The notes: generated by a model from the letters alone, not told the origin. Positions 1 through 12,445 are shown, counted from the first letter of the stretch. The stretch is 64,000 nt of DNA from Phoronis australis (GCA_002633005.1 NMRA01000055.1:641856-705855); one strand, 5' to 3'. A program made the numbers and translations.

Positions 1-107
1 CCCCCATTGGGTGCTATGCGCATCTACAATCGTGGTTCAGTTTGCGCAAATGCTTCCAGCCGGACAAAATGTTGGGCCCCCCTTGTGATATCCTAGATCC
101 GCCACTG
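1..107. mobile_element. Right end of a MITE/hAT-type element truncated by the window edge
   Basis: Ends CCCCCC...CTAGATCCGCCACTG at 107, the same terminus type as ...GTAGATCCGCCCCTG (49945) and ...AAATCCGCTACTG (62746). Confidence 0.55.
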
Positions 108-1324
108 TTATCAACCAGGCCACTCTGCCTCCTCTAAATCACTTATACGTTGGAACCATGTTCCTCGTTTCACGAACTTTGTCACTAATTCTCGGTGTAC
201 AGTCTACATTGTGTACTAAGTACCCAAATTATTATGAATTTACTGAATGAAATCAAAATTTGATTACCACTATGTAGCTAAAGTACACCACCATATGCAT
301 ACATGTATACATGTATACATGCATACATGTATACCCATCTATTCTACAATTTACATGCCTAGGTTCCTGGCAGACCACTGCTCTTTAATTAAATCGATGA
401 TTGAAATCCCTTAAAAACTGATTAATTTTGTTGCCCAATGTCAGCTTACTTTTTAGTGGATTTAATTTTCCGGTTTACTGTTTTTTACGAAGACGTAGAT
501 AGACGTTTCTTTCTGGATTTTAAATAGCGTAGTACTTGTACTTCAAGTTTTAGCGTTTTGGCTTCTCTACAAAAAGTTAAACCGATAAGGTTTTTTTGTT
601 TCGTTTTGTTTTGTTTTGATACCCATCGTGTTTTCTATGAAGAAGCAAAATAATTAGGGAATCACCGACTTCGTTTTTTAGCTATTTTAGCTCAAACACC
701 CGGCCGTCACATAAGAATGTGAGAATGGACCTTCTCCGTTCTCATCAATTTCAAGATCACAATGACCCCGCTGCATTTCACTAGAGACTGATTGTGTCAT
801 GTTCTTGGAATTGCAAAATAGATTTAGTTGATGTGAATAACCTAAGACGTGAAGGTTCTTGAATTTCAATTAGTCGTTTGAATTAAGGCACAGCAACACG
901 CGATGTCTACACTTGCGTTTGCCTATTGTTTAGTATGACATCATTGTAAAATTTAATGTCTCGCGCAATTCGTCACGCTAACTAAAACTGCAGGTGATGA
1001 CTGCAATGGTTCAGCGTAAGGACCATGCGCACGCCTAGCACAACGTGTACCAGACCGCCTGCAATTATTTTTTAACCAAAATTAGACACAAAATCACCAT
1101 TTTTCAAATTGAATAATCTGATTTTGAAATTAAAACTCATGTTCAAATATTTCATAAATAAACCATTGTCGTAAAACAGCGACTGCTCTACGGTTATTTG
1201 TCAAACTGTCACGGCGTAGAACCCCCATAACGTGAACCTCCTTAAAAGGACGATATCGAAACATGAGGCATAACGGAAATTACGTAAAACTTTTCGAATA
1301 TCTGGTCTTGTGAGATGGTCAGTC

Positions 1325-1332
1325 TATAAAAG
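1325..1332 (+). promoter_or_regulatory. Candidate TATA box of the small secreted-peptide gene
   Basis: TATAAAAG, followed within ~90 bp by donor-like sites (CA|GTAAGT ~1379, GAG|GTAATC ~1414), consistent with a short non-coding first exon. Confidence 0.35.
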
Positions 1333-2051
1333 TTGACACAAATAATCTTGTCTTCAGACTATAACTTTGGTTACCACAGTAAGTGCTGCATCAGGTCTAG
1401 AGAAAATTCAGAGGTAATCTTTTCTATTCATCCGTTAGAGTTGTTGTAGTTTTTGTCATGGCGATATTTTGTCTTAATGAACATTCATTTTCAGATAACC
1501 AATTTACACTAAAACGTGTGAATGTTGCTTCTATTTTCATCTTTTCGTGTATGTTTTCGCTGTGTAAATCACAGACTTACATAAACATAAACATGAATAC
1601 ATCTATGTTTTCAATCGTCAAAACATTACAAGAATCATTGTGATTTTTTCGCGAGACAAAATCTAAAAAGCTCAATCTCGAATGACGAAACGTAAAGCTA
1701 AACATGCTGTATGTGCGGCAATTGAATGTACTTTTCAAAGGGGCTACATGCAAATCATGTCATGACAAGATAGTGGCCATTTTGCCCCCCTCCTAATTCG
1801 CCACTGTTTATCTGGATGAAGACAGGATGTTGTCAATTAAATTAAAACTTTGTGAAGACGGAACAGCTTTTAGTGCGTTTGACGGGTTGGAAATACAGTA
1901 TTTTCCACGCTCTAAGGAAAACAGCAAACCTGTTTAAGATTTCCAACAGTACAACACAGCGCAGTGTGTGTTAGTTTTCAGTTACTTGCTCTTGATAAAA
2001 AACGAGCCTTCAACTAATTTTAAAACCATTTCACTCAACTGCAGATCACCC

Positions 2052-3888
2052 ATGTCCAAGGCCGCCCTCTTCATCGTCTTGCTGGTGACGTTCGCTGCCA
2101 TCTTGACAGTAGAGTAAGTGACTGACTAATCACTTCAGTGTCTACGGTAAAGTTTCTTCAAATTAGAACACAATAAAGAGGAAAATTAAAGTGTTGTTTT
2201 ATCAAATTAAAAAGATAAACAGTAAGACAATTTTATTGGTTACTTGAAAATTGTGTATGGTAATCAGCGATGAAATTTTGAATATATTTGGCAATACAGT
2301 GAGCGTTTCAAAAATAAAAACTATCTATTTTGGCCATAATTTGTGTTCGAATGTGAGGAATGTTTACCGTACTACGCGATAATATACGATGAATGATAAA
2401 AGATCGAACTTGAGATGGTGTTTGCATTGACATTTGGTGAACAGTGGCCGGCCGGCTGCTTGAATAAAAGTCTCAATAGAAACTCAGCTACACACCAAAT
2501 TTCCAGCGCATTTGTGAATTTAAAGAAATCGGCTGATTTTCTTTTTCTCTGCTACTTTGTCTCAATGTACTACGTCTAGTTTTAGTTTTGATACAGACCG
2601 AGAGTAAATGTTCCCTTGCCTTTTCTAACATATTGCCATGCATGGCCACGACATTAATTCAGACTTTTTTCATTAAATTTACTTTATATTTTACAATAAA
2701 AATAAGTGACAGAAGATATATAAAATTAGTGATTTTTCGGAGTAAACAAAATCTACGAATGAGTTGGAGATTTAGGGATCATACTTGTCAGTGCCTATTG
2801 GCACTGTTTCATGCAACTGGGCATAGAAGAGCTAATATGGTCCAATTGTTTGGAACTAGCAGTCGTTTTAAAGTTCGGACTTGGCAACGTCACGACGGAA
2901 GTCAAGATTCGCAACAACCTTGGTGCAGGGATTACTTTACTAAACGTATTCTGTGCCGTAAGATTTATTAATTCTATAAGAAAAATACTTCCAAAAATTT
3001 CATTTCTCTCTCTCAAAAGGTCATTTCCGCCGACATTTTTTATAATTGTGTAGAATACGCCAGTTTAAGAGAGCACAGCATCCCTCCGGAACTGGGGGTT
3101 CGACAGCTGTGTTTGAATGGTGAATCAATCTGACGCGGCATTCACTGGTCAACGTGCCCCTCATGTTGACATTCAAATATCTGGAGGTTGAGCACTGAGC
3201 CTTGGGCACACTAAGTGTGACTCTTGCAAGCTCAACCGAAGTAAGCCCTCGCCCTCTCAGCCCTCCCTCCCCCTACCCCTCCCTCCCCCCTCCCTCCCCC
3301 CTNGCCCTTTCTCTGAAGTACACCAACTGCAATGAAGGGGACAAATTGATTTTCTTTTTAGTGTCACGCAGGCCTCTGACTTCAAAGGCGACAGCCCCGG
3401 ACGAGAAGCTGTATACAAGCGCGACTCCGCCGTGCGATCCTCGTTGAAGGGCGATAGCGCCATAGATCAAGAATCCTACGCAGAAGGGGGTTAAAGCTAT
3501 TATTGATCATGTGCATTTTCTAATTTCAAAAATGTGCATTGACTTCTGCGTAATAAAAACGCTTAAAATGAAGGAGAGAGGTTCATTGAACGTTGCTTCG
3601 CTGTTTGACATTTATACTCTACTCGTCATAACGCTACCAAGGAGTGTACTGAGTACAATATATATATAATGTTAGTAAACACCTTAATGCGACATTTTGA
3701 TGTGGGATTGTCATTAATTTCGTATTTTCCTATCAAAATAGACTCTTCGAGCTTGATCTTCTGTGAAACAAGAGAAACTCAAAGTGCATCACTAACGATA
3801 TGTTTCTAGCGGTGCTGACCAGTTTCATTCACGGTACAACGAGACAACGACCACAAGGGGTATACGCAATAGCCTTCAGAATTGTTAA
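2052..3888 (+). CDS. Putative small secreted peptide/protein (spliced; signal-peptide exon 2052-2113, probable next exon from 3810)
   Basis: Acceptor ...caactgcag|2045, ATG at 2052 encoding MSKAALFIVLLVTFAAILTV (classic signal peptide), donor GA|GTAAGT at 2114. A phase-compatible acceptor with branch point (actaac...tgtttctag|3810) continues D-GADQFHSRYNETTTTRGIRNSLQNC* (stop 3888). The first exon is well supported; the 3' structure is uncertain. Confidence 0.45.
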
Positions 3889-6405
3889 AAAAGTGTTGAT
3901 ACGGCATCCTTTAAAATTCCCCTCGAATTAAAAAGTTTAAAAGTGACCAATTTTCATAATTTTTGTCACAAAGAAATATTTTACAAACGTACAGAGAACT
4001 AAGCGTATAAAGTAAGTAGGTAAGGATTGACACAAAGTGACATTTGAAAGTAATCCGTCGGCCAAAACTCTTAAGTAAAGAGAGCATCACTATTCACCAC
4101 AAGTACATTTATTAGAAAAAATGGCAAAGTTATGATAGAACTCCTGTTTATTGAGGTACAACCCTACGAGCAATAGCTTAATGAGAATTTTTTTTCACGC
4201 AATAATCATAATTTAGCAGTAGGAAGAGATGTGGGACTATTACGGTTAAGAAACTATTTAACGCAATTTTTTAAACTTGACATGGATTGGGCTACTTTAA
4301 GTTCCAGTTGTAAAGTATTCCATGAAACCGAACCGGCAATAATTGGAGTTTTCCTAAATTATTGCGGGGAAATATATTCTCAGTAGTAGTTCTGAGAGAA
4401 GATGTATCATGTTTCGAATACACTCCATCAGCTAAGTCACTAATACAAAGTAGAAAAAACAACAGCCCAATACAATGCCTTGTAGTACACCACCATGTTT
4501 GGCGTACCCAATTGGCGATTCGTAAAAAAACAACCGCATCCACACGACCTCTGTAGGTTCTATATAAGAGATCCGACTGAAACAAACTATACACTGTTCC
4601 ACTCAGTATTCCATACATACGAAATTTAATAACAGTTCCTGCGATTATATTACCCGCAACAGCGCAGTGTCTTTGATGCGAAAAAGCAGAATGTGTGGTG
4701 CGCAAACTTGAACTCAATTTTCCGGCAGTGGCTGCACATGCACGGTTCCGGTCGCCGGATCAACCGACTAATGCAATTGATTGGTCTGTAATCCGCAATC
4801 AATGAGATGTCTTACCAGAATGACCGGACGAAATGGTGAAGACAATCAGTCGTTGGTTTACGCCATTGCCTTGCTTTACTACAAGCAGCGTTCCCTTGTG
4901 ATTTCAGAACTGATTCCAGAGACATGGTATGAATTTTTACAAGAATGATCACTAATCTGTTGTCCGTCAGTGATGCAATCGAACCCCGCCCAACAAATTC
5001 TGTAGCCCCTAGAGTCAGTAGACAGGCCCTGAAAAGATATCTCGGCAGAGCATAGACAGGGGCTTTAACACTGCCATTGGTTAATGAAGAACAATCTGGG
5101 CTTGGTAATTAAGCAAAGGTCACCCCAATGCCAGTTTGGTGAAACTCAGAATCCCAGCTAATTTGTGTGCCAATGACACACGCAATTTTCCGGGTAGCCT
5201 TAAGTTTGCGTGAAAAATATTGGGATATTTTCACAAAAGAATGTCATCATATGTGTCCAGTGGAAAGTTCTGTCCCGAGTGAGTCGGAGGATGAGCATTG
5301 CCTTTCTTTGCACTTAAACTGAAACAGGCTCGTTTCCAGCGGAAACTCCTAGCCGAGACGCCGCGAAATCATTGTGCTTTTTCTACGACTGTTTGTGTTC
5401 CAGTCAGTCAGAAACCCAAGCTTCCGCAAAAATAGTGCCAAGTACTGTCGACATAATTATGTTTCATAGGCTGTTCCTTGTGGTCACCATCCACTGGGCT
5501 CGTTGATTTCCGCAATAAGAACCACACGTGTCAGTTCACAGGCCGGATTGACAAGACTTCTAACAAATATCTTTACCGGTAATTGAAAATCTTTGATTTC
5601 ATCTAGGTTGCTTCCTGACACTGGGCTGTTAAAAGGATATCAAAATCCGGTTTAGGTCCATTAACAATACCAAAAAGGACTTTCCCACCCAGTTCTCAGA
5701 AACAAAATAATGCTCTCTAACCCTCGACAACCCTCAAAAGCTTGGAGGAAAATTTGTAAACTCGTTTCAAAATTTGCTAAATGGACAAGCGTGACCTACT
5801 CTTCTAGCGAATTACACGGCAACTGTTGGAAAAGACGACCCACCAAGGACTATCAAATTTCTAAGGTAGGGAGCATTGGTTTTTAGTCGACTCCTGTCTT
5901 TGATTCTTCAACATTGACGCCAATGATGCATTATCAGATGACAGAACGAGGATTAGTTGAAACCATCAGAACAAGGTTTGGTATCCTTTTCACTATTTTG
6001 TTTGTTATTTGAGCAAAATGGCCTTTGACATATGACTGAGATTTTTAAATACTTAATAAGACTTGGAAATTCCTCGAGTTGCGTGAATCGCTTTCAAATC
6101 TCAGTTCAGTGCTTTCTTTACTGGTGTTACGGATGCAGTATTAACTGTTGAATACAACTGGTACTGAGGTAAGCCATGTGCGAGCTGCGGAGTTTATGTC
6201 TTTGATCACTTGATGAGAAATGTAAAATAATATTAATATATCCGCCGACTTAACTCAACTATTGATGGTGGGTTGTTCAGTTACACCGATACTCAAAAAT
6301 AACCAAACCCGAATTAGTGTCCAGTTCACTTCTACAATGAAAATTTTGGCTTATTGTTATCAGTTCAAGACTCTTTCTTTGAATTTATTTTCTCAACAGG
6401 AAGAT

Positions 6406-6945
6406 ATGGATAGAAAGGTTCTAGTTGAAAATATTTTGACGTGTGCAATTTGCAAGAAAACCTTTGAGGCACCGGTTGCGTTGCCGTGTACGCATACTTT
6501 TTGCAAAGACTGCATTTCTGACTACGTGAGGTCGCTGAGACCCTGCACTACTTTCCCGTGTCCCACCTGCAATCGGGTACATACGGCGCCAAACAATAGT
6601 GATGGATGGGAGCGCAACATTGTTATGGAGCACTTGCTACGTCAGTACCTGCGAAAGAAGAATAAGCAACCCCACGGCAGCAATCCGGACATGCGCAGCT
6701 CTCTACCAATTCAAATTTTTGTGAAGACACTCTCTGGGAAAACCATTAGGATCCCTGTGCGGCTTTCCGACAGTGTCTACGCCCTGAAGGAAAAAATTGA
6801 AGATCGAGAAGGCGTGCCGTGTCATGAACAGCGTCTCATTCATCAAGGGAAACAACTCGAAGACGGTAGAATACTTTCCGAGTATGGAATAGAGAAGAAT
6901 GCTAATATCAACCTAGTTCTTCGCTTGCTTGGAAGCAAAATATAA
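6406..6945 (+). CDS. RING-HC (C3HC4, TRIM-like) finger + C-terminal ubiquitin-like domain protein, 179 aa; putative E3 ligase
   Basis: Acceptor tttctcaacag|6400 and ATG at 6406; upstream donor GAG|GTAAGC at 6169. RING motif CAIC-x11-CTH-x2-CKDC-x15-CPTC, then [13 protein letters not shown]...[21 protein letters not shown]...[10 protein letters not shown] (6709-6942), about 44/76 identical to ubiquitin by manual alignment. Confidence 0.9.
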   Translation: MDRKVLVENILTCAICKKTFEAPVALPCTHTFCKDCISDYVRSLRPCTTFPCPTCNRVHTAPNNSDGWERNIVMEHLLRQYLRKKNKQPHGSNPDMRSSLPIQIFVKTLSGKTIRIPVRLSDSVYALKEKIEDREGVPCHEQRLIHQGKQLEDGRILSEYGIEKNANINLVLRLLGSKI

Positions 6946-8780
6946 GTGCGTGCTTTCAGCTTACCATGTGAAGATACCTACGAATATTTTCCTACTCGTT
7001 TAAATTTTAGAACTTTTCTTTTAATGTACTAATTCAAAGACCCATCCGTAAGTCAGTCTGTAGGATGACTGATAAAGGGCTTCGTGACGACGGGTGTTGA
7101 GCAAAAATAGAGATCCACTTATCCCAAATTTCACAAGCAACCTTTTTCAAATGGTATCTACCGTCTTGTATAATGAGTATGCCTGTTCAATTCGATACAT
7201 TTCTTCGTTTTTTCAGAGCAATATCTAAAAACATGAACGAACAGGTTTGCCGACAGAAGTTTCGCAGTTTTACCGCTTTCAAGGGTACTTTTGCGTGTAA
7301 GTTATATACCGTATAAGGGCATATTTAGGTCCATGCGACTATATCCGAAATCATGCGTTTTTAAAAAAAATTATTTACTGAAATGTCGTATCACATGTAG
7401 GCGCATATGCCTAAGTTTCGCTTATAGGCGCAGATGTGCTTGGAACGACCACTGACAAAAAGAAGAAAAATTTTCCAGGTGATGTATCATTCCACAAATA
7501 AATAGGTTTGCGTGATAGAAATATTTTTCTGTTGTAAAATTTAACTGAAATAAACGTTTTTACATGAAGAAAGTCAAAATAATGATAAAAAGAGCCGAAA
7601 AAAGGAGAAACTGGAAATCAAATAAGAAATAAAAAGAGGGAAATTCCAAGTCGTGATAACTTGCTCTGGATGTAGGGACATGCATTGCCATGGAGGAAAG
7701 AGAATAATTCAACCCGTGCGAAGCATTTTAGGCGACTTGGTTTGATCACGTTCCCTAATTAGGCTCACACGTGACGATTTATGTAACTAGCGAGAACAGA
7801 TTTCAGCTAGCTGTTGCAAGTTTGATTTTGATGTTTCATATTCGTAAATGATGAAGTTGCAGCGGTTTTTGTAGTGTAGTAGGGGTAATGGAAGGGGTAT
7901 AATGATAGCGATTATACAATTTTTTACGATTATTCAAAAAAAAAAAATATATCGTATCGCAAAAATGTAAGTAAAATAGTTTCTGTTTTTAATTTGATTC
8001 TACTTGCATAGCTGACACGCCTAAGTAACCGGAAAATTCTTCGATGGTGAAATTCGCTTAGACTCGAGACTCGACGTCATGATGTGAAATTCCACGTCCG
8101 CATTTTGTCCTAAAACGTTGGCATGTTTTCAGAGTAGCCAGACTGTACGGGTGATCTCACCAATCCTTACAAATAGAGGTCGTTTTTCGCAAGTTTACTA
8201 TCATATGTCACAAATCGAAAATAATACAGAAACTTCCACTTCGTTATTTAATACTCACATAAAACCTTTATGCAAAAATGAATCTTCTTTAATTTGAAGA
8301 AATACTACACTTTGTCCGCCTTAAAATTACTAACGGACCGCAAAAAGGCTTCAAAGACTTTCAAAATTGACAACGAGCTGGTGTCGCAGTGGTAATCTAA
8401 TGGGCTGCAAACAGGAAGATTTCAAGACCGAATCTCAATGAGATCTCTATCATTTCGCAAAAATAAACGAAGTTTAAAAAGTCCAGTCGTTACCATGTCA
8501 GAGGTCAATATTGAGAATTGGTGACTCCGAAACATTGAACGCGGGCGAGTTTATAACTTCATAATTTGTCCAAGTCAGTCAATAGTTACTTACAAAACCG
8601 GTAACGTTCATTCACAACCCGTGCTCATTTCAGCCGGTATATGGCAACAGACACACTTAATTGAGACGGTTGATACCACAGCTCACGAGTATGAATCTGA
8701 CGTTAACAAAAACTGTGCAAGATATTTCATACAGTTAATTAACAGCAAAGGATAGTCAGTAATGGATCTGAAACTAATTT

Positions 8781-9387
8781 GTGAAGACTCCAGTGAAGAC
8801 TGTTCAGTGAAGACTATTCAGTGAAGACTAAGGCAGTGAAGACTATTCAGTCAAGGCTATTCAGTGAGGACAATTCAGTGAGGACTATTCAGTGAATACT
8901 TTTCAGTGAAGACTATTCAATGTAAACTGTTCAGTGAGGACTATTCAGTGAATACTTTTCAGTGAAGACTATTCAATGTAAACTATTCAGTGAGGACTAT
9001 TCAGTGAAGACTATTCAGTGAAGACTATTCGATGAACACTATTCCGTGAAGACTATTCATTGAGGACTATTCAGTAAGGACCATTCAGTGAGGACCATTC
9101 AGTGAGGACCATTCAGTGAGGACCATTCAGTGAGGACCATTCAGTGAGGACCATTCAGTGAGGACTATTCAGTGAAGACTATTCAGTGAAGACTTTTAAG
9201 TGAAGACTATTCAGTGAGGACAATTCAGTGAGGACCATTCAGTGAGGACCATTCAGTGAGGACCATTCAGTAAGGACTATTCAGTGAAGACTATTCAGTG
9301 AAGACTTTTAAGTGAAGACTATTCAGTGAGGACCATTCAGTGAGGACTATTATTCAGTGAGGACTATTATTCAGTGAGGACTATTCA
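8781..9387. repeat. 14-bp minisatellite (TTCAGTGA[A/G]GAC[T/C]A)n, ~43 copies
   Basis: Directly visible tandem array with variant units and higher-order duplicated blocks; no unique spacers. Confidence 0.95.
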
Positions 9388-10109
9388 AAAAGTTCATGAT
9401 ATCGAGTTACAACAGTATGCACTATAACACAAAATTATTTTAGTTGCTCCCAAGATGGATTTTTACTAAACGAGTTGGTGATCTCACTACACTCAACTAT
9501 TGTCTCTGCCATCTCACAATTACTTTTACTAAACCTCACTCGACTGTCGACTAACTATCGTTACATTTCTGTTTCACTAAAATTACGTTGAATGGCACAT
9601 TATTTACGCGTATTTTCATATTCCGTTTAATTATTTTATGTAGTGTTTAGTTGTCTAGCCATTTTAGCTTTAGCAGTGTTACAAGACGGCTATTTCATGC
9701 TAACAAGATTTGCACGCCAGTTTACGAGAAAGCGTATACCGTTTACCCCAAAGTATCCAGCGAAGTCCTCGGCACATCAAAAGGCTTGGTGGAGCCGGCA
9801 CGCGCGGATTGAAGGGAGCTACACACCAGTCATGCACTTGGCTGAACGTGCTGGGCGAGATAAATGCAGTCGTAAACCAACACGCATGTTTAGCGCACGA
9901 GTTTCAAAGTCAAAAACCGAATAATAATTAAGTCAAAAAACTAAAATCACTGTTTTTAAAATTGAAAAGTAAATATTAATCGTCTTTGAATTTTTAAAAT
10001 CGAGGCATTAGGGATCAAGTTGGTATCTATACATCCTGATGCCCCCAAACCACCACTAGTGCAGGAAGGTTCATTTCGGTCTTACCTTTTGTCTAAACTG
10101 TAAATGGTG

Positions 10110-10455
10110 ACATTTGTAAATTTTTGCTTTATTTTAAATTTCGATTTATTTCATTTCTCATATATTTTTTATTGTCCGTATCTTTACAACTATTTTGTTT
10201 GGTGAAAAAGACTTGGCTTACGTTTTCATTTCACTGTGTACCCCCGCTAAATAAAGATTACTCTATTCTATTCTTTTCTCTCCCCATTTATAAATTTTTG
10301 TTGTATTTTAAATTTAAATTTATTTATTTACTACAATCATTTCTTTTCTTGACTATAACTTTAAAACTATGTTGGTTGGTGGAAAAGCCCCGACTTACGT
10401 TTTCATTTCACTGTGTACCCCCACTAAATAAAGATTGCTCTATTCCATTCTCTTC
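10110..10455 (+). repeat. Diverged tandem duplication, ~177-bp period
   Basis: CTTACGTTTTCATTTCACTGTGTACCCC(C)xCTAAATAAAGATT occurs twice (CACTGTG at 10232 and 10409). The 135-aa ORF over it merely repeats this unit. Confidence 0.8.
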
Positions 10456-11310
10456 CTCGGGGTGGATTCAGGCACCATCCAACATTAACTATGTAAATAA
10501 TGAACATTCACATTCCATTTTTGTTCAATGATTCAGCAGCTTTGGCACTGAACAACTATCATTTAGGAATATTGTTTTATACATTTATTAGCAGACATGT
10601 CCATTGTTCATTAATATTTCTACAGACAACAAATAATTTTGACAATACTACAGACCTAAGAACCAGAGTCCTAGTACAAGCCAATTTGGATTTATTTAAC
10701 ACTTCAAAACCAGACACACGACCATCCATGCGTGCAGTGAGGCCCACGCGCCCACAACCCCCACAGTAAAACTCGCATACATAAGTCCGATCCCTCTTAT
10801 CAGGGCAAGGCGACATGAAAATCCTAAAAGTACTGTACTTTTACGATTTTCATGAAACTAAAATTCACATATTAAGAAATATGGAACACCGTTTTTGATA
10901 TTTTATCTCGAATATTTAATCAAACGAAATTTACCCAGCTCTTGATACCATTGTTTTCCTGTGAATGGACATTTCCTTGTCATTAAATTTTACTATGAAC
11001 ACCTGGCACCTGACCCAATTAACTTAACAGGTATGCATACAACCAAAAATCAAATTCTGCTGCCTTTCAACCAATATATACTGTTACTGACTGTCAAAAT
11101 TTACAGCTTTGAAGATACATGTATTTGGCATGGATAAGGCCCGTCCTACATAACCATAAAGGCAAATGTCATAAACACAACGTTTTTTGATAATTATACT
11201 TTTCAATTACCCATCTTGAACTAAAAACAACACTGACTGTGGGGACAACTGGACGCTTCACTCATCCTACTAATTTAAAGTTGTACCTTGGTTTTACTCA
11301 AATGTTTCAC

Positions 11311-11430
11311 ATATAGGTAATAGCTGATCATAGGGGTCTCGCATTTTCTGAACCAATTTTCTCCACCAAATAAGGGGCATTAAATTGGTTCACAAAATCC
11401 AGGACCCCTGTAAGTGACTATTGCCATATA
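11311..11430. repeat. Imperfect inverted repeat / foldback (MITE-like hairpin)
   Basis: GGGGTC...ATTTTCTGAACCAATTT pairs with AAATTGGTTCACAAAAT...GACCCC; outer ATATAGGTAATAG pairs with CTATTGCCATATA. Confidence 0.6.
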
Positions 11431-12101
11431 AGTACACAAAACTAACAATCCATAAATACACTCAACTTCACCTATAAGAAATGCCAGATGCAGAATCTAG
11501 TTCTAAATAATGACAAGAAATTGACAGTTCTCTGATCAAGGAGAGACAGAATCTAACAGGAACCAATTACACGTGGGAGGTGATAATTACCCTTCTGAAT
11601 GTCAGACTAATTTCAAACTTACATAAGCCTTAGTCACGGAGAGACAAAATTGGCACCAGGAATAGGCTGAACTTCTAAGAGCCAATTAGTGATTAGTTGG
11701 CATAAATTTAAAAGCAGAAATTCATCCAAGTCTCTATCACGCTAATTACATGTGCAGGCCATTATTTTAATGCCATATGCAGCGCCACCACAATTTAGTA
11801 CTTTTTGGATGGTGTGGTACGGTGGAACCTTTTTAATGGTTAGCGAGTTTGCCCGTCTGCACTTCTACACGATATATCCCATGGATGTAGTGGTCAGGAG
11901 TTCAGATTGCTTGTATGTCGCGCTTCGCCACCTCAAACTTGGTTCATTGCCATTTGATGTCCGGTGTCTTTCTCATGAGAAGTGACTTAAGACGGAAATC
12001 TGGTCTGACGGTCCCACTTCAAAGTAGTCAAACAAATGTTTAGTCTGATGCAATTGGGAGCACATTACTGCATAAAAATAAATTGCACATAAATTACAAT
12101 G

Positions 12102-12107
12102 TTTATT
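12102..12107 (-). terminator. Candidate polyadenylation signal (AATAAA) of TRAPPC12
   Basis: TTTATT on the plus strand, ~340 bp downstream of the TRAPPC12 stop codon. Confidence 0.4.
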
Positions 12108-12445
12108 GAGACATATATACACATGGCCATAGGCCCCAAGTATATCCCCAGTAAGTAACGGTTATTCTTATCTAAAGTGAGTTTCAATTATTTTTTAAGA
12201 AAGAGTTATGTGGAGCATAAGACCAAATCTCTGTCTTAAGTCTTAAGTAATCTTCATGAAATAGACCCCCGTGCTTCCAATGACACCAGAATGCAATGCA
12301 ACACAGTGAATAAAATATCTAGCTCTTTAGTAAGATAAATGGTGTAATTGTCTTTTCAAAACCTCCTTAGGGCGTCTTTAACCAAGCCACAGGGATGTTC
12401 TATCTGCAGTATGGTAAATGATGTAATTATCTGTTCAAAACTTTC

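Noticed and set aside
294-333. (TACATG/TATACA) palindromic microsatellite
   Set aside because: Short simple repeat with no evidence of function.
691-784. Possible terminal exon of an upstream gene (after ttttag, frame ending ...DPAAFH*)
   Set aside because: No recognisable homology and no upstream exon in the window to anchor it.
6262-6405. N-terminal extension of the RING-UBL ORF in the track
   Set aside because: Starts at TTG and runs through an intron (donor 6169, acceptor 6399); the likely start is ATG 6406.
8375-8450. tRNA gene candidates (also ~14040-14120 and ~59545-59600)
   Set aside because: Only degenerate A/B-box-like strings with no complete cloverleaf; probably SINE remnants.
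8781-9387. CRISPR-like array
   Set aside because: Contiguous 14-bp units with no unique spacers, no cas genes, and a eukaryotic context.
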